Assembly (NCBI GenBank): GCA_037443705.1
Contig: JBBINV010000003.1
Coordinates: forward strand, 20,498-84,497
DNA from: Betaproteobacteria bacterium
GTDB taxonomy: Bacteria > Pseudomonadota > Gammaproteobacteria > Burkholderiales > SG8-39
DNA: 64,000 nucleotides
Direction: 5' to 3'
Both the position numbers and the translations under genes were made by a program. Below the pieces are notes generated by a model. The model was not told the origin of the DNA and made no database searches. It saw nothing but the letters and a program-made list of their open reading frames with translations. Below, in pieces: positions 41,783 through 49,154 of this stretch. The number at the start of each line of letters is the position of its first letter. Position 1 is the first letter of the stretch.

Positions 41783-42459
41783 GCGGGAAAGCGGTCGTCC
41801 TCCTCTCCGGCGGGCTCGATTCCGCGGCGACGCTCGCCTGGGCGCGGCGCGAGGGCTTCGAGTGCCATTGCCTCTCCATCGACTACGGTCAGCGGCATGC
41901 CGTCGAACTGGTTTCTGCGGGGAAGATTGCTGCCGCGCTAGGCGCGGCGCGACACCGGGTCCTCAAGCTCGATCTGGGCGGCATCGGCGGCTCGGCGCTC
42001 ACCGATCGCTCGATCGACGTGCCGACCGGCGGCGTGGGCACCGGCATCCCGGTTACCTACGTCCCGGCGCGAAACACGATCCTTCTCTCGCTCGCGCTCG
42101 GCTGGGCGGAAGTGCTCGGCGCGCGCCACATCTTCATCGGCGCGAACGCGATCGACTACTCGGGTTACCCGGATTGCCGCCCCGAATACCTGCGCGCGTT
42201 CGAGGCGATGGCGAACCTCGCGACCAAGGCGGCCGTGGAGGGCGCGCGCATCGAGATCCGCGCCCCGCTTATCGACCTCCCGAAGGCGGCAATCGTGCGG
42301 CTCGCGGCCGAGCTCGGCGTGGACATGGCCGCCACGGTCACCTGCTACCAGCCCGACGCCGAGGGGCGCGCCTGCGGGCGCTGCGACGCCTGCCGGATCC
42401 GGCGCGACGGCTTCAGGGCGGCGGGCATCCCCGACCCTACGCGCTATCAGGCCCGTTGA
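41779..42459 (+). CDS. queC: 7-cyano-7-deazaguanine synthase QueC (apparent CTG start)
   Basis: The PP-loop [13 protein letters not shown] is encoded at 41788-41826, far upstream of the first canonical in-frame start (GTG 42019). The CTG at 41779 overlaps the cpoB TGA (CTGA). C-terminal zinc motif [17 protein letters not shown]. Confidence 0.85.
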   Translation: MSGKAVVLLSGGLDSAATLAWARREGFECHCLSIDYGQRHAVELVSAGKIAAALGAARHRVLKLDLGGIGGSALTDRSIDVPTGGVGTGIPVTYVPARNTILLSLALGWAEVLGARHIFIGANAIDYSGYPDCRPEYLRAFEAMANLATKAAVEGARIEIRAPLIDLPKAAIVRLAAELGVDMAATVTCYQPDAEGRACGRCDACRIRRDGFRAAGIPDPTRYQAR

Positions 42460-42518
42460 TCCCGCAATACGCGAGGTCAAACACGGCCCCCGGGAGCTTG
42501 CGCTAGCATCTTCGGCCC

Positions 42519-43637
42519 ATGAACGAAGTCACCCCCGCGCAGCTCGTTCCCTACGTGACCTGGGGCGCGTTCGCGCTCGCGTTCGTGTTCGGCGCGGTCG
42601 CGAACAAGACCAATTTCTGCACCATGGGCGCGGTCTCCGACTGGGTCAACATGGGCGACACCAACCGCATGCGCATGTGGCTGCTCGCGATCGCGGTGGC
42701 GATCCTCGGCTCGAGCGCGCTCCATTTCATGGGCATCGTGGATCTCTCCAAGTCCATCTATCATGGGCCGAACTTCACCTGGCTCTCGTATCTCGTAGGG
42801 GGATTCCTCTTCGGCGTCGGCATGACGCTCGGCTCGGGCTGCGGCTCCAGGACGCTCGTGCGCATCGGCGGCGGGAACCTGAAGTCCGTCGTGGTGTTCG
42901 TCTTTCTCGGCATCGCCGCCTACATGACCCTGCGCGGCCTTTTCGGCGCCTTCCGCGTCGGGGTGCTCGAGCAGGCTTCGGTGACGCTCGCGGGCGGGCA
43001 GGATCTGCCGTCGATCGCGGCGCGTGTGCACGGCGGCGACAGGAAGATGTGGCTCGCGGCCTGGGCGCTCGTGCTGGGCGGGGGTTTGCTCGTCTTCGTC
43101 TACTGGTCGAAGGACTTCCGCTCCAGCTTCGACTTCACCCTCGGCGGACTGGTGACCGGCCTCGTCGTGGTGGGGGGGTGGATCGTGAGCGGCAAGCTCG
43201 GCTACCTTGCCGAGGACCCGCAGACGCTTCAGGAAGCCTTCGTCGCCACCAACACCGGGCGGATGGAATCGTTTTCCTTCGTCTCGCCCCTGGCCTACTC
43301 GCTGGAATACCTGATGCTGTGGACCGACAAGTCGAAGATCGTCACCTATGGCGTCGCCTCTGCCGCGGGCGTGATCGCCGGCTCGGCCGCCTGGGCGCTC
43401 GCGACGAAATCCTTCCGCTGGGAAGGCTTCGTGAGCGCCGAGGACACCGCCATGCACATCCTGGGCGGCATCCTCATGGGTTTCGGCGGCATCACCGCGC
43501 TCGGCTGCACCGTCGGCCAGGGCATCACCGGTTTCTCGACCCTCGCGCTCGGCTCGATCGTCACGTTCTTCGCCATCATCGCCGGTGCCGCGGTGACGAT
43601 GAAGTGGCAATACTGGCGAATGACCCGCGAGGGCTGA
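42519..43637 (+). CDS. YeeE/YedE-family inner-membrane (thiosulfate/sulfur-compound transport) protein
   Basis: Repeated GxxxGxGC motifs (FGVGMTLGSGCGSR, GFGGITALGCTVGQG) in a multi-pass membrane protein. Confidence 0.85.
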   Translation: MNEVTPAQLVPYVTWGAFALAFVFGAVANKTNFCTMGAVSDWVNMGDTNRMRMWLLAIAVAILGSSALHFMGIVDLSKSIYHGPNFTWLSYLVGGFLFGVGMTLGSGCGSRTLVRIGGGNLKSVVVFVFLGIAAYMTLRGLFGAFRVGVLEQASVTLAGGQDLPSIAARVHGGDRKMWLAAWALVLGGGLLVFVYWSKDFRSSFDFTLGGLVTGLVVVGGWIVSGKLGYLAEDPQTLQEAFVATNTGRMESFSFVSPLAYSLEYLMLWTDKSKIVTYGVASAAGVIAGSAAWALATKSFRWEGFVSAEDTAMHILGGILMGFGGITALGCTVGQGITGFSTLALGSIVTFFAIIAGAAVTMKWQYWRMTREG

Positions 43638-43655
43638 TAAAATTCGCGCCCTTCC

Positions 43656-43731
43656 GGGTCGTTAGCTCAGCTGGTAGAGCAGCGGACTTTTAATCCGTTG
43701 GTCGGCGGTTCGAATCCGCCACGACCTACCA
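43656..43731 (+). tRNA. tRNA-Lys (anticodon TTT)
   Basis: GGGTCGTTAGCTCAGCTGGTAGAGC D-arm, anticodon loop gacTTTTAAtcc, T-arm GGTTCGAATCC, encoded CCA end; 76 nt. Confidence 0.95.
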
Positions 43732-43751
43732 ATTCCCGCATTTGACCGTCC

Positions 43752-43788
43752 TACCCACGGTGGGTATTCTCCTACCCACCATGGGTAG
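43752..43788 (+). promoter_or_regulatory. Pair of palindromes built on TACCCA half sites (operator candidate for the wHTH-MNT gene)
   Basis: TACCCACgGTGGGTA (43752-43766) and CTACCCAccaTGGGTAG (43772-43788). The second covers the ATG at 43781. Confidence 0.5.
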
Positions 43789-44395
43789 TAGGGCGGTCGT
43801 CACCAGCGAAGCCCCGTCGCTCTTCGGCAAGACGCGGCAGACCTTGCTCGCGCTGCTCTATTCGCGCGCCGACGAAGAGCAGCTCCAGGAGAGCCTGATC
43901 CAGCTCGCTGGCCTCGGCCGCGGCGCGGTGCAGCGTGAGCTCGAGTTCCTCGCGCGCGCGGGCGTCGTGCGCCGCACGGTGCGTGGCCGGCAAGTGTACT
44001 TCCAGGCGAATCGGGACTCGCCGATCTACGCGGAGTTGCGCGGCCTGGTCGTCAAGACCGCAGGGGTGGCCGATGCGCTGCGCGCGGCGCTGGCTCCCCT
44101 GGCAGACAGAATCCGGGTGGCGTTCGTCTACGGCTCGGTCGCCGAGGGAACCGAGGGGCGCGCGAGCGACGTGGACGTGATGGTGATCGGCGACGCCTCG
44201 TTCGCCGAGGTCTCCGACGCGCTCGGGAAGGCGCAGAAGGCGATCGGGCGCGAGGTGAATCCCTCCGTGTATGCGCCCGCCGATTTCCGGGCCAAGCTCG
44301 CGGCGAAGCAGCATTTCCTGCGCGCGGTGCTGAAGGGCGAGAAGATCTTCCTGATCGGGGACGGGCATGAGCTTGGCCGGCTGGCAAAGAAATAA
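43781..44395 (+). CDS. wHTH-fused minimal nucleotidyltransferase (MNT-type antitoxin-like)
   Basis: N-terminal winged-helix-like LAGLGRGAVQRELEFLARAGVVRR; NTase motif FVYGSVAEGTEGRASDVDVMVIG. The TTG at 43742 is an alternative start. Confidence 0.75.
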   Translation: MGSRAVVTSEAPSLFGKTRQTLLALLYSRADEEQLQESLIQLAGLGRGAVQRELEFLARAGVVRRTVRGRQVYFQANRDSPIYAELRGLVVKTAGVADALRAALAPLADRIRVAFVYGSVAEGTEGRASDVDVMVIGDASFAEVSDALGKAQKAIGREVNPSVYAPADFRAKLAAKQHFLRAVLKGEKIFLIGDGHELGRLAKK

Positions 44396-44809
44396 GTGTC
44401 TCACCGCGCACAACACGAGCGCAGAGGAGATCGCGGCGCTGCTCGCGATCGTCGAACGGGACCTCGCGAACGCGAAAGTCGCCGGGCTCGCTGACGACTG
44501 GAAGTTCAATATCGCCTATAACGCGCGCTCCAGACCGCGACTGCCGCGCTCGCCGCGGCGGGGTTTCGAGCGGCAAGGGAGCAGCATCATTACCGGACCA
44601 TTCAAAGCCTCGCGCTCACGATCAGCTGGCCGGCGGCAAAGGTGGATCGGTTCGACCGTTTCCGCAAGAAGCGGAACGTCATCGGCTACGAGTTCGCCGG
44701 GGTGGTGTCCGAGCGCGAGGCGCGCGAAATGCACGAGCTGGCGACAGAACTGCGCGAGGGCGTTCTCGCGTGGTTGAAGAAGCAGCACCCGAAACTCTCG
44801 AAGTCGTAA
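44367..44809 (+). pseudogene. HEPN-like partner gene of the MNT, disrupted by a 1-nt frameshift near 44523-44530
   Basis: Frame 0 gives MSLAGWQRNKCLTAHNTSAEEIAALLAIVERDLANAKVAGLADDWKFNIAYNA. The protein-like continuation ALQTATAALAAAGFRAAREQHHYRTIQSLALTISWPAAKVDRFDRFRKKRNVIGYEFAGVVSEREAREMHELATELREGVLAWLKKQHPKLSKS* is in another frame. The HEPN assignment is by gene context and helical pattern only. Confidence 0.55.
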
Positions 44810-44910
44810 GAGCTTGCCCAGGAGTGCGCGAGGGGACGGCGGGTCCGTAAGCTCCCCCGTCAAGTAGACAGGTTAGAAGTAGAGGCGGCTGGCAGCGCCT
44901 GGATCGACCG

Positions 44911-45159
44911 TTGAGGAGGGTCACAACGGTGGACAGATTCGCGCTCATTACGCCGAACCGAGGTAATCCGAAAATGCGGATGCTGCAGGTGCCCGAACTG
45001 AAGCGCGCAATGGGCTTCAGTGCGCGCTATCGGCTAAATGGCGGGAGTCGGCGCGATCGGATCAAGTTGTTGGGCAACGCGGTGTGTCCGCCCGTCATGG
45101 AGCATGTGGTTCGAACGTTGACGAACGGGTCGCGGAAACGTCAGCACAAGGGCAGGTAA
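44911..45159 (+). pseudogene. C-terminal stump of a DNA (cytosine-5) methyltransferase
   Basis: RMLQVPELKRAMGFSARY...RIKLLGNAVCPPVMEHVV corresponds to C5-MTase motifs IX-X (ENV/GNAV). There is no room upstream for the catalytic PCQ domain. Confidence 0.6.
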
Positions 45160-45182
45160 TTACCCGCCGAATGCGTGGTGCA

Positions 45183-45223
45183 AATCCGTTGGTCGGCGGT
45201 TCGAATCCGCCACGACCTACCAA
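45183..45223 (+). repeat. Perfect 41-nt direct repeat of the tRNA-Lys 3' part (att-type scar)
   Basis: AATCCGTTGGTCGGCGGTTCGAATCCGCCACGACCTACCAA is identical to 43692-43732. Confidence 0.9.
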
Positions 45224-45331
45224 CCTTTCAACGGCTTACGCGTTGACTCCCCGGCGGCCTGTCGGATAAGTCCCCGAATCAGTCCCCGAGCTGCCTACGC
45301 GCTGCAATCCTGCACCCCCGGTCCTGCAATG

Positions 45332-45347
45332 ACATCCTATAGGATGT
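45332..45347 (+). promoter_or_regulatory. Perfect 16-bp palindrome ACATCCTATAGGATGT (operator candidate for the PIN/RHH pair)
   Basis: Lies 15 nt upstream of the GTG start at 45362 and is flanked by the -10-like GATATG; preceded by a TCCTGCA direct repeat. Confidence 0.5.
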
Positions 45348-45361
45348 GATATGCTTTCTTC

Positions 45362-45787
45362 GTGCTTCGAGTCGTGCTGGACACCTCGGTGCTGGTGGCG
45401 GGACTGCGCAGCCGCCTGGGCGCGAGCAACGAGCTGCTGGCGCGGGTAGCGGACGGAGAGATCCTGCCGCTGGTGACTACGGCCCTGTTTCTGGAATACG
45501 AGGAAGTGCTTCTCAGGGCAGAGCACCGGCTGGCCACGGCAATGAGCGAAGCGGACGTAGCCGGATTTCTCGCCGCGCTCGCGAGCGCGTCCGAGGGTGT
45601 GGACGTGCATTTCCAGTGGCGCCCGCAGCTTGGCGACCCGGCCGACGAGATGGTATTGGAGGCTGCCGTTAACGGCCGCGCCGATGCGCTTGTTACGCAC
45701 AATGTTTCGGATTATGCCGAGGCCGGACGGCGGTTCGGATTGCGGGTTATTGCCCCCGGCGATCTGCTGAAGGAGTTGAAATCATGA
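45362..45787 (+). CDS. PIN-domain toxin-like protein
   Basis: VVLDTSVLVAG (first acidic residue), LEYEEVL, DPADEMVLEAAVNGRADALVTHN (PIN acidic residues); 141 aa. Confidence 0.75.
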   Translation: MLRVVLDTSVLVAGLRSRLGASNELLARVADGEILPLVTTALFLEYEEVLLRAEHRLATAMSEADVAGFLAALASASEGVDVHFQWRPQLGDPADEMVLEAAVNGRADALVTHNVSDYAEAGRRFGLRVIAPGDLLKELKS

Positions 45788-46035
45788 GCAAGAGCACTTA
45801 TCCGCTGAAATTGCCTCGGTCCGTGAAGGAAGCGGCCGCGCAACTTGCCAAGGCCGACGGCGTCTCGCTCAATCAGTTCATCGCATCAGCGGTCGCGGAA
45901 AAAGTCGGCAGCTTGAAGAGCGCGGATATCTTCCTCGCGGAACGTGCCGGCCGTGCGAAACGCACGGACCTCCTGCGCTACCTTCGCAAGGCCCCAAAAG
46001 CCACGCCGGTGCGCGGCGACGAGCACCCGAAGTAA
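45784..46035 (+). CDS. Ribbon-helix-helix / HicB-like antitoxin-like protein
   Basis: LKLPRSVKEAAAQLAKADGVSLNQFIASAVAEKV is the RHH pattern. ATGA overlap with the PIN gene stop. Confidence 0.7.
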   Translation: MSKSTYPLKLPRSVKEAAAQLAKADGVSLNQFIASAVAEKVGSLKSADIFLAERAGRAKRTDLLRYLRKAPKATPVRGDEHPK

Positions 46036-46113
46036 GCCGCAGGAACGACGCAGGGTTGGGGCCGTCGTTTGCGGGCGATGGCGGGTGAGGGCGGGCCGTT
46101 GCGTCAACAACAT

Positions 46114-46176
46114 TCAGCGTAGAGTTCCACTTTTAATCCGTTGGCAGGCGGTTGGAATCCGCCACGACCTGCCAAC
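46114..46176 (+). repeat. Degenerate second copy of tRNA-Lys (D-arm to 3' end; pseudo-tRNA / old att scar)
   Basis: TCAGCGTAGAG..ACTTTTAATCCGTTGGcaGGCGGTTgGAATCCGCCACGACCTgCCAA has 4 substitutions in the 3' 47 nt and lacks the 5' acceptor strand. Like the 45183 copy it is followed by CCT. Confidence 0.7.
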
Positions 46177-46244
46177 CTCTTTAATTGCATGCGGGCTGTC
46201 GCCCCGGCGAACGGTTGCCAGAGCGGCGACACGCGCATCCCCGG

Positions 46245-47108
46245 TCACGCCGATTGCACCGCCTGCCGCAGCCCGGTCTCGATCGTCGAATACTGCAGCT
46301 CGACTTCGAGTTCGTCGCGGAGCCGCCGGTTGCTGCAGCGCTTGCCGAGGCCTTTCGCACGGCGCGCGATCGCCGTGTCGTCGAAAGCCGGCGCAGGGGC
46401 GTTCAGCAGGCGCGCGAGGTGCTCATAGTATTCATGCCGTCGAACCGGGCGGTCGTCGCTCACGAGATAGGTCCGCCCGGGCGCACCGCGCCCGGCGCAC
46501 GCGAGCACCGCGCGGGCCGCGTCTTCGACATGGATCAGGTTCAGCCATGCGTCGCGCAGTCCCGGCAGGCTCGCTCCCCTTCGGATTGCATCGGCGCGCG
46601 CGAGCAGGCGTTGCGGCCCGTAGATGCCGGACAGGCGCAGGATGTTGAACGCAGTCCGCGAGCGCGTCGCGGTCGCCTGTTCGATCAACCGCTCGGCATC
46701 GAGGCAGATGCGGCCGGACTCGTCCGCCGGTTCGCGCGGCGAGTCCTCGTCAACCCATTCTTCGGCCTGCTGCGCGTAGACGCTGGTGCTCGACACATGC
46801 AGGAAGCGGCCGCAACGATTCGCGAGCGCCTCGAGGACGTTGCGCAGCCCGTCGACATAGACTACGCGTTTGCTCGGCTGTCCGGACGGGTCGAATCCGA
46901 CCGCGTGCAGCACGACGTCGGCCTCGGGCAGTCGCCGCAGCGACTCGCGGTCGGTCACGTCTCCCACGATCGCGTTGAGCCCGAGCGCGTCGAGCTCCGC
47001 GGCGCGACGCTCCGAGCGGGTCAGCGCGGCGACGGCGTGCCCGTCCTCGCGCCAGCGCCTGGCGACTCGCAGTCCGAGGTATCCGCAGCCGATGATGAGC
47101 GTTTTCAC
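46245..47108 (-). CDS. NAD(P)-binding SDR-family (epimerase/dehydratase-like) protein
   Basis: MKTLIIGCGYLGLRVA Rossmann motif; 287 aa; divergent from the photolyase gene. Confidence 0.8.
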   Translation of the reverse strand: MKTLIIGCGYLGLRVARRWREDGHAVAALTRSERRAAELDALGLNAIVGDVTDRESLRRLPEADVVLHAVGFDPSGQPSKRVVYVDGLRNVLEALANRCGRFLHVSSTSVYAQQAEEWVDEDSPREPADESGRICLDAERLIEQATATRSRTAFNILRLSGIYGPQRLLARADAIRRGASLPGLRDAWLNLIHVEDAARAVLACAGRGAPGRTYLVSDDRPVRRHEYYEHLARLLNAPAPAFDDTAIARRAKGLGKRCSNRRLRDELEVELQYSTIETGLRQAVQSA

Positions 47109-47194
47109 GAATCAGAGTACGGATAATAAATTCCTTCGGCCGAGTAGCCACCGAGAAGCGGACAATACCGGGATCAGCGTTAGACGAGCCCTAC

Positions 47195-48625
47195 GTGACT
47201 TATACATCAGTGCCGGCCGGCGAAGCCCTGGTCTGGTTCCGGCGCGACCTGCGCGACTTCGACCACGCGGCGCTCGCCGCCGCGCGCGGGGCGCATGCGA
47301 CCGCGCATTGCGCGTTCGTGTTCGATACCGAAATCCTCGAAGCGTTCGCCGCGCGCGCCGACCGGCGCGTCACCTTCATCTGGGAGAGCGTGCGGGAACT
47401 GAAGGCCGCGCTCGAGGCTGCGGGCGGGGGGCTGCACGTCCTTCACGGCCGGGCGCGCGAGGAGATTCCAAAGCTCGCGGCGCGGCTCGGCGTGGCCGCG
47501 GTGTACGCGAACCGCGACTACGAGCCGCAGGCGATCGCGCGCGACGCGGAGGTCGCGGAGCGGCTGCGCGAAGCCGGCATCGGCTTTCGCACCCGCAAGG
47601 ACCAGGTCATCTTCGAGCTCGACGAGGTGCGCACGCGCTCGGGCGGGCCGTTCTCGGTGTTCACCCCCTACAAGCGGGCCTGGCTTGCGAAGCTCGAGCC
47701 CCGCGACCTCGCGGCGTGCGAGCCCGGTCGGGGGCAAGGCCGGCTCGCGCCGGTCCAGCCGCAGCCGATGCCCTCGCTCGAGGCGATCGGCTTCCGGCGC
47801 GCGGAGCCCGGCCTGCCGGCAGGAATGTCAGGCGGGGCGCGCCTGTGGAAGAAGTTCCGCGCGCGCCTGGCGCAGTACGGCACGACGCGCGACTTCCCGG
47901 CGCTCGAAGGCACCTCGCGGCTCTCGGTGCACCTTCGCTTCGGCACGGTGTCGATCCGCGAGCTCGTGCGCTACGCGCGCTCGAGCCGCAGCGCAGGCGC
48001 CGCGGCCTGGCTCGCGGAGCTCATCTGGCGCGAGTTCTATTTCGCGGTCCTCGCCGCGCGGCCCGATGTGGTCAGGCATGCCTTCCGGCGGGGGCTCGAC
48101 CGGCTGCGCTGGGACGACGACGAGCGCCTCTGGCGCGCCTGGTGCGAGGGGCGCACGGGCTACCCGCTCGTCGACGCCGCCATGCGCGAGCTCAATGCCA
48201 CCGGCGCGATGCACAATCGGCTGCGCATGGTCACGGCCTCCTTCCTCGTCAAGGATCTCGGCATCGACTGGCGCCGCGGCGAGCGCTACTTCGCCGAGCG
48301 GCTGCTCGACTACGACCTCGCGGCGAACAACGGCGGCTGGCAGTGGTGCGCCTCGACCGGCTGCGACGCGCAGCCCTGGTTTCGCATCTTCAACCCCGTG
48401 TCGCAATCCGAGCGCTTCGATCCGCAGGGCGCCTACATCCGGCGCTGGGTGCCGGAGCTTGCGCGCGTGCCCGAGGCGCGCGTGCACGCGCCCTGGGCGA
48501 TGGCGCCGCTCGAGCAACAGGCCGCCGGATGCATCATTGGCCGTGACTACCCGCACCCGGTGGTGCGCCATGAGGAGGCGCGCCGGCGCACCCTCGAACG
48601 CTATCGCGCGGTGAGGGTGGTGTGA
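47195..48625 (+). CDS. phrB: Deoxyribodipyrimidine photolyase (class I CPD-type)
   Basis: LVWFRRDLR, TSRLSVHLRFG, TGYPLVDAAMRELNATGAMHNRLRM, NNGGWQWCASTG, FRIFNP; GTG start. Confidence 0.92.
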   Translation: MTYTSVPAGEALVWFRRDLRDFDHAALAAARGAHATAHCAFVFDTEILEAFAARADRRVTFIWESVRELKAALEAAGGGLHVLHGRAREEIPKLAARLGVAAVYANRDYEPQAIARDAEVAERLREAGIGFRTRKDQVIFELDEVRTRSGGPFSVFTPYKRAWLAKLEPRDLAACEPGRGQGRLAPVQPQPMPSLEAIGFRRAEPGLPAGMSGGARLWKKFRARLAQYGTTRDFPALEGTSRLSVHLRFGTVSIRELVRYARSSRSAGAAAWLAELIWREFYFAVLAARPDVVRHAFRRGLDRLRWDDDERLWRAWCEGRTGYPLVDAAMRELNATGAMHNRLRMVTASFLVKDLGIDWRRGERYFAERLLDYDLAANNGGWQWCASTGCDAQPWFRIFNPVSQSERFDPQGAYIRRWVPELARVPEARVHAPWAMAPLEQQAAGCIIGRDYPHPVVRHEEARRRTLERYRAVRVV

Positions 48626-49092
48626 GGCGCGATGCGGCGGGACTGGGGGCATTTCTTGCGCTCTGCCTGGGCGTCGGCGCGCTGGGGGGCTTCGCCACCG
48701 CGCAAAGCGTCGGCACGTGGTACCAGGGGCTCGCCAAGCCGCCGTTCAATCCGCCCGACTGGGTGTTCGCGCCGGTCTGGACAACACTCTATGTGCTGAT
48801 CGCCGTTGCCGGCTGGCGCGTCTGGCGGGCTCGGGGCCTTGCAGGCGCGCGCGTGGCGATGGCCGTCTACGCGGCGCAGCTCGCGCTCAATCTCGCATGG
48901 TCATGGCTGTTCTTTGGCGGGCGCATGATTGGCGCGGCGATGGCGGAAATCGTCGCGCTGCTCGCCGCGATCGTGACGAATGCGCTGCTCTTTTGGCGCA
49001 TCGACCGGGTGGCCGGGTGGCTCCTCGCGCCCTACGCGGCGTGGGTCGCGTTCGCCTGCCTGCTCAACTTCGCGCTGTGGCGCCTCAACTGA
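48622..49092 (+). CDS. tspO: TspO/MBR-family tryptophan-rich sensory protein
   Basis: WYQGLAKPPFNPPDWVFAPVWTTLY, five TM helices, LAWSWLFF. GTGA overlap with the phrB stop. Confidence 0.9.
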   Translation: MRRDAAGLGAFLALCLGVGALGGFATAQSVGTWYQGLAKPPFNPPDWVFAPVWTTLYVLIAVAGWRVWRARGLAGARVAMAVYAAQLALNLAWSWLFFGGRMIGAAMAEIVALLAAIVTNALLFWRIDRVAGWLLAPYAAWVAFACLLNFALWRLN

Positions 49093-49154
49093 TGCATGCA
49101 GGCAGGCCTCTGCGCAGGGAAAACGCAGGGCTTCGGCGCCTCTTGCCGGGCGTC

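Noticed and set aside
44516-44948. Minus-strand ORFs (44516..44863, 44679..44948) between the HEPN and methyltransferase remnants, considered as a possible missing integrase or restriction fragment
   Set aside because: The translations show no integrase (R..H.R.Y) or nuclease motifs and largely overlap the HEPN coding frame.
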